A stretch of 64,000 nucleotides of DNA from Bacteroidota bacterium (GCA_046051225.1 JBJOOR010000009.1:40835-104834); one strand, 5' to 3'. Shown: positions 12,367-21,451, counted from the stretch's first letter. A program made the numbers and translations. The notes: generated by a model from the sequence alone, not told the origin.

Positions 12367-12399
12367 ATAATTAATTGCAAAATTTAGCTTTTGAAAAAA

Positions 12400-12936
12400 A
12401 TGGAAGCAACAGAAACAATAACTACAACTAAGCTGATAATAATAATTTTATCAAGTTCGGTAATTGCATCAATATTGACATCTTTCGCAAATTACTTTCT
12501 AACTCAAATTAATTACAAAAATGAGTACTTTAAAAAGATAATTGACAAAAGATTACTTGCATTTGAAGAAGTTTATGAATTCATAGTTCAATTCAAAGTT
12601 CTTATTCATGATGATGATAAAGTTTCTCCATTCTTTTTTGGTCAAGGTGTCGTTGATGCTGAAGCAAAAATGATTATGTTTTTTGAGTCCACAAAAAATA
12701 GCTTTTGGTTGAGTAAAGAGGTTGGTGAATTAATAACTGAATTTAATGTACTAATTCACAATATCATTACTAAAGCAAAAATAGAAAAAGACAAAGATGC
12801 GGCATTGAAAAATCTCGGAATGAAGCATCTTGATGACCTTAGGAAAACAAGAAAAAAAATTGAAGTACAGCTTTTTAAAGATTTACAAAAACTACATAAA
12901 GTAGAAAATCTTTTTTCCAAAGACTTAATAAAATAA
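12400..12936 (+). CDS. hypothetical membrane-anchored helical protein (ORFan)
   Basis: One N-terminal TM helix (LIIIILSSSVIASILTSFANYFL) followed by a K/E-rich helical domain. No recognisable motif. Confidence 0.5.
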   Translation: MEATETITTTKLIIIILSSSVIASILTSFANYFLTQINYKNEYFKKIIDKRLLAFEEVYEFIVQFKVLIHDDDKVSPFFFGQGVVDAEAKMIMFFESTKNSFWLSKEVGELITEFNVLIHNIITKAKIEKDKDAALKNLGMKHLDDLRKTRKKIEVQLFKDLQKLHKVENLFSKDLIK

Positions 12937-12941
12937 GAAAC

Positions 12942-13565
12942 ATGCAACTTCAAACTAAAAAAATTATCGCTCGTGAATTTTTGCTTTTGATTTTATCAAT
13001 GGCAATTGCATTGGTTGTTTTTGGAGGAACTTATTTGTACAATTTTATTCAAGAAAAAAGAGTTCAGAAAATTGAAGTTCAAATAAGTGCAAAGAAATTG
13101 CTGGTTGATAGTTTGGGGTCGGGAATAATTTTGGAAAAAAGAAATCAAAGGAATTGGTTTTATAATGCAAACAGAAAATATTATGGCGATTTAACCATTG
13201 ATTCTTTTTGGAATTTAATGCAACTTAGACGTGATAGTTTTGTTATTCGTTATCATAAAATTTATACGCCAGAATTAAAATCTTTTTTGACCTCTTTAGG
13301 ATTTGAAACACCTGAAAAATTAAGAGATTTTGTAGTTAGTAATTTGTTTAATGAAAAGGATTTTGCAATTATCAGAAAACAACAAATTATCGAAAAGGAA
13401 ATAAAAAAATTAGAGAAAGAAAAGATTGAAATCACTGAAATTTCCCAACAAGAAGCAAAACAAATTTCAAATTGGACTTTTGTGATTTCAATTATTGTTT
13501 TGTTTTTGCTTCGTTATCTTTTTTATGGAATAAGATGGAGTTTAAAAACATTGAAGCAAGAATAA
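12942..13565 (+). CDS. hypothetical two-TM coiled-coil protein (ORFan)
   Basis: TM helices at both ends and a central KEIKKLEKEKIEITEISQQEAK coiled-coil-like stretch. Lies 5 nt after the previous ORF. Confidence 0.5.
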   Translation: MQLQTKKIIAREFLLLILSMAIALVVFGGTYLYNFIQEKRVQKIEVQISAKKLLVDSLGSGIILEKRNQRNWFYNANRKYYGDLTIDSFWNLMQLRRDSFVIRYHKIYTPELKSFLTSLGFETPEKLRDFVVSNLFNEKDFAIIRKQQIIEKEIKKLEKEKIEITEISQQEAKQISNWTFVISIIVLFLLRYLFYGIRWSLKTLKQE

Positions 13566-13626
13566 TAGTTATAGAGAATCTGTGCTCTGGCATTGCTTGG
13601 TTCAAAAAAAATGAAACAATTTTAAA

Positions 13627-13661
13627 AACTAACAACCTTGTTAGTTACAACTTTGTTAGTT
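13627..13661. repeat. left 35-bp inverted repeat flanking the ATPase gene
   Basis: AACTAACAACCTTGTTAGTTACAACTTTGTTAGTT. Its reverse complement matches 14825-14859 at 33 of 35 positions. Confidence 0.85.
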
Positions 13662-13668
13662 ATCTTTG
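13661..13668 (+). promoter_or_regulatory. -7 promoter box TATCTTTG
   Basis: TAnnTTTG match abutting the left inverted repeat, 16 nt upstream of the ATG at 13685. Confidence 0.5.
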
Positions 13669-13684
13669 TTGAAAATTAAAATAA

Positions 13685-14824
13685 ATGAAAGCCCCATTTA
13701 ATTTCGGCAAAGTAATAGAAGGCGCTTACTTCACCAATCGCACCAAAGAAATGAAGCGATTGGAACAAAACTTCATCAATCAAACCAACACTGTTTTAAT
13801 ATCGCCACGTCGGTGGGGAAAATCATCTTTGGTAAAAAATACTGCCGATAAATTAATCCGCAAAAACAAAAAATACAAAGTGGTTTACATTGATTTATTC
13901 AATGTGCTGAATGAAGATGAATTTTATAAAGAGTTTGCTTATCAGGTCATCAAAGCCACTTCCAACAAAATGGAAGAATGGCTGCATACAGCTCGACAAT
14001 ATTTAAGTAGGCTAAAACCATCTGTTTCATTCGGCGATGTGCCAGGCGCTGAAGTAGAATTGCAATTGCATTTGCCCGAAATCAAAAAAAACTACAAAGA
14101 TATTTTGGATTTGCCCGAGGCTATTGCCAAAGAAAAAGGCATCACCATTTTAGTGTGTATTGACGAGTTTCAAAACATCGAACGCTTTACAAAAGAACAT
14201 GTGGCTTTGCAAAAAAAATTAAGAGCACAATGGCAATTGCAACAGCATGTAGTTTATTGTTTGTATGGCAGCAAACGCCACATGATGATGCATTTGTTTG
14301 AATCGGCTTCGATGCCGTTTTTCAAATTTGGCGATGTGTTTTATTTAGAAAAAATAAAGAAAGAACACTGGCTGCCTTTTATCGAAAAACAATTTGTAGA
14401 AACTAAAAAATCCATAACCTCACAACAAAGCGAAAAGATTGTAGAGTTAATGAATATGCATCCGTATTATGTACAACAACTGTGTCAGTTAGTTTGGTTG
14501 AATACTGATAAAAAAGTAACAGATGCTATCATTACTGACTCTTTGCAAGATTTAATTGAACGCAATAATTCTTTATTTCAACGCGATTTTGAATTGCTAA
14601 GTGAAACGCAAATAAATTTTTTAAAGGCACTTACTAGCGGCGAAACAAGTTTTTCATCGCAAAAAGTTTTACATCAATATGGCATTGGCACATCAGCCAA
14701 TATTCCACGTGTGATAAGCGCTTTGGAGGATAAAGAGATTATTAATAAAACAGGGAAAAGTATCGAATTTGCTGACCCAGCTTTTGAAATTTACTTCAAA
14801 CAAATTTATCATCTTCATTCCTAA
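13685..14824 (+). CDS. ATP-binding protein, Arch_ATPase/DUF234-type AAA ATPase
   Basis: Walker A-like SPRRWGKSSLV and Walker B VCIDEFQ. The size and C-terminal helical/wHTH-like tail are typical of COG1672-type ATPases. Confidence 0.8.
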   Translation: MKAPFNFGKVIEGAYFTNRTKEMKRLEQNFINQTNTVLISPRRWGKSSLVKNTADKLIRKNKKYKVVYIDLFNVLNEDEFYKEFAYQVIKATSNKMEEWLHTARQYLSRLKPSVSFGDVPGAEVELQLHLPEIKKNYKDILDLPEAIAKEKGITILVCIDEFQNIERFTKEHVALQKKLRAQWQLQQHVVYCLYGSKRHMMMHLFESASMPFFKFGDVFYLEKIKKEHWLPFIEKQFVETKKSITSQQSEKIVELMNMHPYYVQQLCQLVWLNTDKKVTDAIITDSLQDLIERNNSLFQRDFELLSETQINFLKALTSGETSFSSQKVLHQYGIGTSANIPRVISALEDKEIINKTGKSIEFADPAFEIYFKQIYHLHS

Positions 14825-14859
14825 AACTAACAATGTTGTAACTAACAATGTTGTTAGTT
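14825..14859. repeat. right 35-bp inverted repeat flanking the ATPase gene
   Basis: AACTAACAATGTTGTAACTAACAATGTTGTTAGTT. Starts on the first base after the TAA stop. Confidence 0.85.
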
Positions 14860-14949
14860 TTTGAAATTAGCTACTCTGTAATTTAGTTACACAAAAGCTT
14901 TATTCTTAATTTAATGCCTTGCTAAATTGATAATTTTTTATTACACATC

Positions 14950-14957
14950 TATATTTG
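14950..14957 (+). promoter_or_regulatory. -7 promoter box TATATTTG
   Basis: TAnnTTTG match 45 nt upstream of the ATG at 15003. Confidence 0.45.
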
Positions 14958-15002
14958 CTGTTTACAACTTAAAGTTGATGCATTTATATTCTTCTTATTT
15001 TC

Positions 15003-17285
15003 ATGCAAACAAAAAATATAAGTTGTAGCATGAAGTTATTAAGAACAATATTTTATTCTTTTCCATTTCAATTGATGTTGTTGCATTTTAAAAAGCATCA
15101 AATATTAATGCTGTTTTGGTTAATTCTGTTTGGAATGATTACTTCATCATTTGGTAGAAGATTTGGCTTGCCCTATTTAATGCTCGACCCCGAATACTTG
15201 GGCAGCGTAAGTGTATTTAGTTTTTTTATTTTAGGATTTGCGGCTGGTGGTTTTATTATGATTTGGCAAATTACTACTTATGTATTGCATGCCTGGCGAT
15301 TTCCGTTTTTAGCTTCTATTCGTGAGCCTTTTATAAAATTTTGTTTAAATAATTCGGTATTGCCTAGTGTATTTATTGCGTTGTATTTTGTTAAAATATA
15401 TACCTTTCAGCAAGATACAGAAATAGGTTTGCATTTCGCCAAGTTTGCTTTTATTGGTTCGTTTGCTGGTGGCGCTATTTTGATTTCGTTAATCACCTTT
15501 ACTTATTTTTTTAGTACCAATCGCAATGCATTATCTATATTTAAAAACCCCAAATCGATATTTGGTAGAAATGTTAAAATAAAATCTACTTCTATCAACC
15601 CGTTATTTTTTAAAGACCATGATAGTGATAAGGACCAAAAAAACATTAAAGTAGATTATTATTTTAATACACCTTTTAAAATTAGACATACTCGTTCAGT
15701 TGATCATTATCGTCCCGAATTAATATCGGCGGTGTATAAGCAGCATTATTTTAATATGTTATTTATCGAAATTGGTACTATTGGTATTATGCTAGCTTTT
15801 AGTTTGTTGATGGATTATCCTTTCTTTCGTATTCCAGCTGGCTCTAGTGTGTTTCTTTGTTTTTCGGTTATTAGTATTTTAATTGGTGCTTTTAGTTATT
15901 GGCTTAGGGGCTGGCGAACTACTATGTTTATTTTCTTTTTTGTAATGCTTAATATTTTTTCGAAATTTGATATTACTGATACGAAGAATAAATTTTATGG
16001 CGTAAACTATAGCGATAAACCTTTACCCTATACGGCAGAAACATTAAGCGAAATGGCAGATTCGAATCATATTAATGAAGCTAGAAATCATACCATTGCT
16101 ATTTTAAATAATTGGAAATCGAAATTTAAGAATGATAGTGTAAACCAAAAGCCTTACATGATTTTATTAAATGTAAGTGGGGGTGGATTGCGCAGTAGTT
16201 ATTGGACTTTTAATGTATTGCAATACCTTGATAGCCTTACCAATGGCAGAATGATGAAACAAACTCAATTAATTACGGGCGGTAGTGGGGGCATGCTGGG
16301 CGCTTCGTTTTTTAGAGAATTATTTTATCAAAAACAATTGCATCCTAAACAAATAAATTTGAATGCTGCCCAATGGCGCAATGCTATTGGTAGCGATTTA
16401 CTTAATCCTGTAACTACATCTATTGCTGTAAACGATTTGTTTTTGCCATGGCAAAGTTTTACTTATGCTAATAAAAGTTATAAAAAAGATAGGGGCTATG
16501 TATTCGAAAAGCAATGGAATGAAAACACTTTGCAAATGATGGATAAAAAAATAATGGATTATTATCAGCCCGAATATAGCAGCACAATACCCATGATGAT
16601 TTTAAATGGTACTATTATTAACGATGGCAGATTGCTAATGATGTCGCCACAGCCATTAAACTATATGGTTAGACCTAATTATAATGAGCATCGAATATCC
16701 GATCCTAAAATTGATGCTATTGATTTTCGGTATTTTTTTAAAACAAAGCAAGCCGATAGTTTACGATTTTCAAGCGCTTTAAGGGTTAATTGCACGTTTC
16801 CGTATGTATTGCCTAGCATTAGTTTGCCTACCAAGCCCAAGTTAGATGTAATGGATGCTGGCATTAGAGATAATTATGGCTTTCAAACCAGTATTAGATT
16901 TATTAATGGATTTAAAGAATGGATTAAAGAAAACACGGCTGGATTAATCTTTATTCAAATTACCGATTTTAACCGCAGCAATTTAAACTTAGAAGATAAT
17001 GAAGAAACGGCTTTAGAACAAATGACTAATCCTATTGGCAATGTGTTTTCAAACCTGCCCGAGTTTCAATATTTTAATCAAAACGATTTATTGTATTTAA
17101 TGAGCAATTCGTTTCCTAAAAATATGTATGTATTAAGGTTTGAATATACACCAGCCAATGCTACCGAACGTGCCTCGTTAAGCTTTCATCTTACAGCTAA
17201 AGAAAAACAAAGCCTTCGTCAAGCTCTATACAGCAAGCAAAACCAACGAGTGTTTACTACCTTTAATCGCTTAGTAAAACAATAA
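15003..17285 (+). CDS. patatin-like phospholipase with a polytopic N-terminal membrane domain
   Basis: Oxyanion motif SGGGLRS, nucleophile elbow GGSGGMLGA (GxSxG), and catalytic Asp motif DAGIRDN. The first ~330 aa contain multiple hydrophobic helices. Confidence 0.85.
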   Translation: MQTKNISCSMKLLRTIFYSFPFQLMLLHFKKHQILMLFWLILFGMITSSFGRRFGLPYLMLDPEYLGSVSVFSFFILGFAAGGFIMIWQITTYVLHAWRFPFLASIREPFIKFCLNNSVLPSVFIALYFVKIYTFQQDTEIGLHFAKFAFIGSFAGGAILISLITFTYFFSTNRNALSIFKNPKSIFGRNVKIKSTSINPLFFKDHDSDKDQKNIKVDYYFNTPFKIRHTRSVDHYRPELISAVYKQHYFNMLFIEIGTIGIMLAFSLLMDYPFFRIPAGSSVFLCFSVISILIGAFSYWLRGWRTTMFIFFFVMLNIFSKFDITDTKNKFYGVNYSDKPLPYTAETLSEMADSNHINEARNHTIAILNNWKSKFKNDSVNQKPYMILLNVSGGGLRSSYWTFNVLQYLDSLTNGRMMKQTQLITGGSGGMLGASFFRELFYQKQLHPKQINLNAAQWRNAIGSDLLNPVTTSIAVNDLFLPWQSFTYANKSYKKDRGYVFEKQWNENTLQMMDKKIMDYYQPEYSSTIPMMILNGTIINDGRLLMMSPQPLNYMVRPNYNEHRISDPKIDAIDFRYFFKTKQADSLRFSSALRVNCTFPYVLPSISLPTKPKLDVMDAGIRDNYGFQTSIRFINGFKEWIKENTAGLIFIQITDFNRSNLNLEDNEETALEQMTNPIGNVFSNLPEFQYFNQNDLLYLMSNSFPKNMYVLRFEYTPANATERASLSFHLTAKEKQSLRQALYSKQNQRVFTTFNRLVKQ

Positions 17286-17642
17286 TATTTCACATCTATT
17301 GCAATATGAATTATGCTTGGCTAAAAGTTTCGTTTTTACCATTTTTATAATAAAAAACACACTGCTACAGCTGTGGCGAAGCATTTTATTTTAAAAAACA
17401 CATAAAAACACTTGTATGGGAGCATTTTAGAAATAGGAATGTACTAAATATAGAAAAAATGTCAGCACAATTTGTCAAATCTAAAAGATTCAATAAATTT
17501 TAAAACATTAGGCTAATCATTTAATCCTTATCAAAAATATACTATAGCTTAATATCACAATAAAAAAATAGAAAAGTATATGTATGGTATAGCAAAATCA
17601 ACAGATATTTATGCAACTGAATAATAATCATCATCCAATACC

Positions 17643-18050
17643 ATGTTTACCACCACCACACAAATACGAGTAAGATATGCCGAAACCGACCAAATGCGCT
17701 ACGTATATTATGGCAACTATCCGCAATATTATGAAGTAGGCAGAGCCGAAGCCATAAGAGAAATAGGATTTACGTACAAGCAATTGGAAGATATAGGCAT
17801 AATGATGCCCGTAGTAGAAATGAATATTAGATATTTTCGCCCAGCATTATACGATGATTTATTAACCATTAAAACCACACTAACGGAGCTAAACAAATCT
17901 AAAGTAAGATTTCATTCCGAAATATTTAATGATAAAAACGAATTGCTAAACCAAGGCATAGTAACGCTTGTATTCGTATCATCCATGGATATGAAACGAG
18001 TAGATATGCCCTCCATATTATTCGAAAAACTAACACCCAATTTTATATAA
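17643..18050 (+). CDS. acyl-CoA thioesterase, YbgC/4HBT hotdog family
   Basis: N-terminal RVRYAETDQMRYVYYGNY is a classic YbgC-type signature. 135 aa. Confidence 0.85.
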   Translation: MFTTTTQIRVRYAETDQMRYVYYGNYPQYYEVGRAEAIREIGFTYKQLEDIGIMMPVVEMNIRYFRPALYDDLLTIKTTLTELNKSKVRFHSEIFNDKNELLNQGIVTLVFVSSMDMKRVDMPSILFEKLTPNFI

Positions 18051-18116
18051 GGTTACACACATTTTGGTATGAATATTTTTATAAAATTTATCACTATATA
18101 ATCTTAATTTTACACC

Positions 18117-18911
18117 ATGAGTAAAACAAATTTAAAAACACAGAACTTTGAATTAAAAGGATTACCAAAGCGCACAGTAAAACCACGAAATAGTGGCTTT
18201 ACCATGGTAATGGATAAAGGATTAAGCACCCCCGAAGTAGAAAATTTTTTAAACATAGCATCGCATTATACCGATGTAGTAAAGCTAGGCTTTGGTACTG
18301 CTTATGTAACCATGAATTTAGATGAAAAATTAGCCGTATATCGCAGACATCATATACCATTTTATTTTGGCGGTACATTGTTCGAAGCATTTATAGCCCG
18401 AAATCAGTTTAACGATTATATAAAAGTATTAGATAAATACGAAATGGAATTTGTAGAAGTAAGCGATGGCTCACTTGAAATACCACATTCTAAAAAAATG
18501 AAATACATTGAAATTTTAGCCAAAAAAGGGTTAAAAGTTTTAAGTGAAGTGGGTAGCAAAGATGCTGAAAAAATATTTCCACCATATCAATGGATCGAGT
18601 TGATGCAAACCGAATTAAATGCAGGCGCTTATAAAGTAATAGCCGAAGCCCGAGAAGCAGGCAATATGGGCATTTATAGAGGCAATGGCGAAGTACGTGA
18701 AGGCTTAGTACAAGAAATATTAACCAAAATAAAAAAAGAAAAAATTATTTGGGAAGCACCTCAAAAAGCGCAACAAACATGGTTTATAAAATTATGTGGC
18801 GCAAATGTAAATTTAGGAAATATTGCCCCCAATGATGTAATACCTGTTGAAACATTACGCATAGGTTTGCGCAGCGATACTTTCCATCATTTTTTAGATA
18901 ATGAAAAATAA
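18117..18911 (+). CDS. comA: phosphosulfolactate synthase (ComA family)
   Basis: KPRNSGFTMVMDKGL and the overall 264-aa TIM-barrel-like layout resemble the (2R)-phospho-3-sulfolactate synthase family. Confidence 0.75.
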   Translation: MSKTNLKTQNFELKGLPKRTVKPRNSGFTMVMDKGLSTPEVENFLNIASHYTDVVKLGFGTAYVTMNLDEKLAVYRRHHIPFYFGGTLFEAFIARNQFNDYIKVLDKYEMEFVEVSDGSLEIPHSKKMKYIEILAKKGLKVLSEVGSKDAEKIFPPYQWIELMQTELNAGAYKVIAEAREAGNMGIYRGNGEVREGLVQEILTKIKKEKIIWEAPQKAQQTWFIKLCGANVNLGNIAPNDVIPVETLRIGLRSDTFHHFLDNEK

Positions 18912-18968
18912 TGATGCAACGATTAGTGTTCATTATATCTCTTACTTATTATACAAATAATTTTTAGC

Positions 18969-20612
18969 ATGAAATTCATAAAGCCATTTTTACTATTAAT
19001 AGCCATTTTATTTTGCACACAAATACAAGCTCAAAAACATTCATCTGCCTGTTTTACAGATACCACAAATAAAAAAATTGTATTTCCAATAGTAAAATGC
19101 ATACCCTACAACGTAGTATTGGATAATTGCTCTACTGGTAATTTTGATTCAGTATCATGGCGAATAAATTATTCTGCAACTTTTGATTGTTTAAACCCAA
19201 CACAAAGTACTTACATAGGTTTTGGTGGCAGCAATGCAAAAAGCTCAATTAATTTTCCTGTAAGCATAAATGGCTCTTATTCCGTTACCATTTATTTGTT
19301 TAATGCCGCACAAGGACAAGGTCCAATAGATTCATTTACTAATTGTGTAGCCATATTAAGCAATCCAATAAACACAAGTATAGTATCCAATAATTGTTTA
19401 GGAACAACATATCATTTTGGTCAAAAATCAGTAACCGCCACAGGGCATTATATTGATACCCTACAAAGTGTAGATGCTTGCGATTCAATAGTAAATCTTG
19501 ATATCACTTTTTTTCAAACACCACCCATGTATTCGTATAGCGTAAATTTATGTAGCGGCACACCATACACATTTAATAATACAGTGTTAACAGCAGCTGG
19601 TAATTATTTAGATACCTTAGTTTCATTTGCTGGATGCGATTCGTTAGTACAATTAAAATTAAAGTATAATGGTGCTCAAGTTTCAGTGTACTATACATCA
19701 ACCCTATGTTATGGGCAGTATCAAATTTTTTATGGCGATACTATTAGAGCTACAGGAACATATTTTGATACCTTAACATCTTCAATAGGTTGCGATTCAA
19801 TTATTGCATTAAATGTAGTAGTACTTAATCCTATTCCACCAGGCTTTACCTATGATACTATTTGCTATGGTAATTCATTTCAGTTTAATGGTAATTTAAT
19901 AACTGTTGCAGGCACTTATGTAGATACCATTCCTGCATTTGGTAATTCTTGTGATTCAATAGTGACACTTTATTTATTCGTTCGTCCAGCAGCATTATTT
20001 TCAGATGTGTATGATACCACTTGTAAAGATGTGCCATTTAATTTTGCTGGTTCTTCATTTACATCGGCTGGCGATTATGGATTTATACTACAAAATCAAT
20101 TTGGCTGCGATTCATCCTTAATGCTCCATTTATCAGTAACTGATCTAAGCCCAGTTATTGTGCAAATGCACGATACACTATTTGCCACAGGCATTGGTGC
20201 TATTCAATGGATTAGATGCGATAGTAATTTGCAAATAGCTGGTGCAAATTCAAATTATTTTATACCAAAAGTATCGGGTGTATATGCAGCTATTTTTACT
20301 GCCAACAATTGTATTGCTACTACCGATTGTGTAGTAGATAGTTTTTCGGTAGGCGGAATTGCTAACGTAAGATTAGGAGGTAATAAAATAATAGTGTATC
20401 CTAATCCTTGTTCAGATAAGTTATTGGTTAATGGTTATTCGCTAATTGGGAATAGAATTGAGGTAAAAGATATTTTGGGTAGAACTTGTATATTGATAGC
20501 ACATCAAAAATCTGAAATCGTAAATATTGAATCATTGCCAAGCGGTATTTATATACTAAAAATTACCGATGCTAATAGCAATGTGATGAATGGCAAATTT
20601 GTAAAAGAATAA
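18969..20612 (+). CDS. T9SS C-terminal sorting domain protein with five tandem Cys-containing repeats
   Basis: Signal peptide ending IQAQ. Five ~50-aa repeats (C.G..Y.F....AG.Y.DTL.S..GCDS.V.L.L). C-terminus VYPNP...GIYILKI... is typical of the type A sorting domain. Confidence 0.75.
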   Translation: MKFIKPFLLLIAILFCTQIQAQKHSSACFTDTTNKKIVFPIVKCIPYNVVLDNCSTGNFDSVSWRINYSATFDCLNPTQSTYIGFGGSNAKSSINFPVSINGSYSVTIYLFNAAQGQGPIDSFTNCVAILSNPINTSIVSNNCLGTTYHFGQKSVTATGHYIDTLQSVDACDSIVNLDITFFQTPPMYSYSVNLCSGTPYTFNNTVLTAAGNYLDTLVSFAGCDSLVQLKLKYNGAQVSVYYTSTLCYGQYQIFYGDTIRATGTYFDTLTSSIGCDSIIALNVVVLNPIPPGFTYDTICYGNSFQFNGNLITVAGTYVDTIPAFGNSCDSIVTLYLFVRPAALFSDVYDTTCKDVPFNFAGSSFTSAGDYGFILQNQFGCDSSLMLHLSVTDLSPVIVQMHDTLFATGIGAIQWIRCDSNLQIAGANSNYFIPKVSGVYAAIFTANNCIATTDCVVDSFSVGGIANVRLGGNKIIVYPNPCSDKLLVNGYSLIGNRIEVKDILGRTCILIAHQKSEIVNIESLPSGIYILKITDANSNVMNGKFVKE

Positions 20613-20626
20613 ATTAATTATTTCGT

Positions 20627-21451
20627 TTACTCATTTGTAGATATTTTGGTAGGCTTTTTATCTAAAAAATCATACATGTGTTTACTTTGTTTGCCAGTAA
20701 TGTAATCATGGTACTCAATCGGGAAGCCTAGGTGGTACGTTATTTCTTTAACTAGCACACTATCTTTCGAAAATACTTTTGTAATGCCTTCTTCTTTACC
20801 AAATTTATAATTTACAATCTCCATTAATTTGCCACTTTCGTAGTAGTTATACCATGTGCTATCTTCCAATTCATCTTTATAAAAACCTGTTGATTTTTTT
20901 GTACCCGAATTATAAAAGCCTTGGTAATTGCCATTCTCCGAACCATTTTTGAATTCTACTATTTCTTTTGTTTTGCCATTTTCGTAATAAAATATCCAAC
21001 TGCCTTCTCGTTTATCATGAATAAATTTTCCTTTTTCTAGTAAGTTGCCATTTTCATAATATTGTAGTGCTTCGCCTTCTAACAAATTGTTTTTATAATG
21101 CTCTATTAATTGATTTTTATTATTGTTGAAATAAAGTATTCTTGTGCCTTCTAACAAATTGTTTTTATAAAATGCTTTTTCGATTAAAGTATTATCTGAA
21201 TTATAATGAAGCATTGAATCGGTCAATAAATTATTACTATAATGTTTTATGAATTCTTTATTTCCATTTTCATAAAATGATTGATAAAGCCCGTCTTTAG
21301 TAGATGGTTTAGATTGTAAAACTTCAAATTGCTCTTTTAATTTGCTAGAATCATTATGCCAATAATTTTTTACTACAAGGGTGTTAACATGCCTGCAGCT
21401 TACTAATATAAACAATCCTAAAATAGTAATTAATTTAGCTTTAACCATCAT
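20627..21451 (-). CDS. MORN-repeat-variant / YwqK-like lipoprotein
   Basis: Signal peptide with LVSC. Repeated YYENGK / YYESGKL / FYENGN MORN-variant motifs. Confidence 0.65.
   Translation of the reverse strand: MMVKAKLITILGLFILVSCRHVNTLVVKNYWHNDSSKLKEQFEVLQSKPSTKDGLYQSFYENGNKEFIKHYSNNLLTDSMLHYNSDNTLIEKAFYKNNLLEGTRILYFNNNKNQLIEHYKNNLLEGEALQYYENGNLLEKGKFIHDKREGSWIFYYENGKTKEIVEFKNGSENGNYQGFYNSGTKKSTGFYKDELEDSTWYNYYESGKLMEIVNYKFGKEEGITKVFSKDSVLVKEITYHLGFPIEYHDYITGKQSKHMYDFLDKKPTKISTNE

Noticed and set aside
12367-14824. Reading the genes after thiC as the missing thiamine genes (thiE/thiD/thiG)
   Set aside because: None of the three proteins shows thiamine-pathway motifs. They are two ORFan membrane proteins and an AAA-type ATPase.
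20627-21451. MORN/YwqK-like protein as the antitoxin of a toxin-antitoxin pair
   Set aside because: It has a lipoprotein signal peptide. Its upstream neighbour is a metabolic crotonase, and no toxin-like gene is adjacent.
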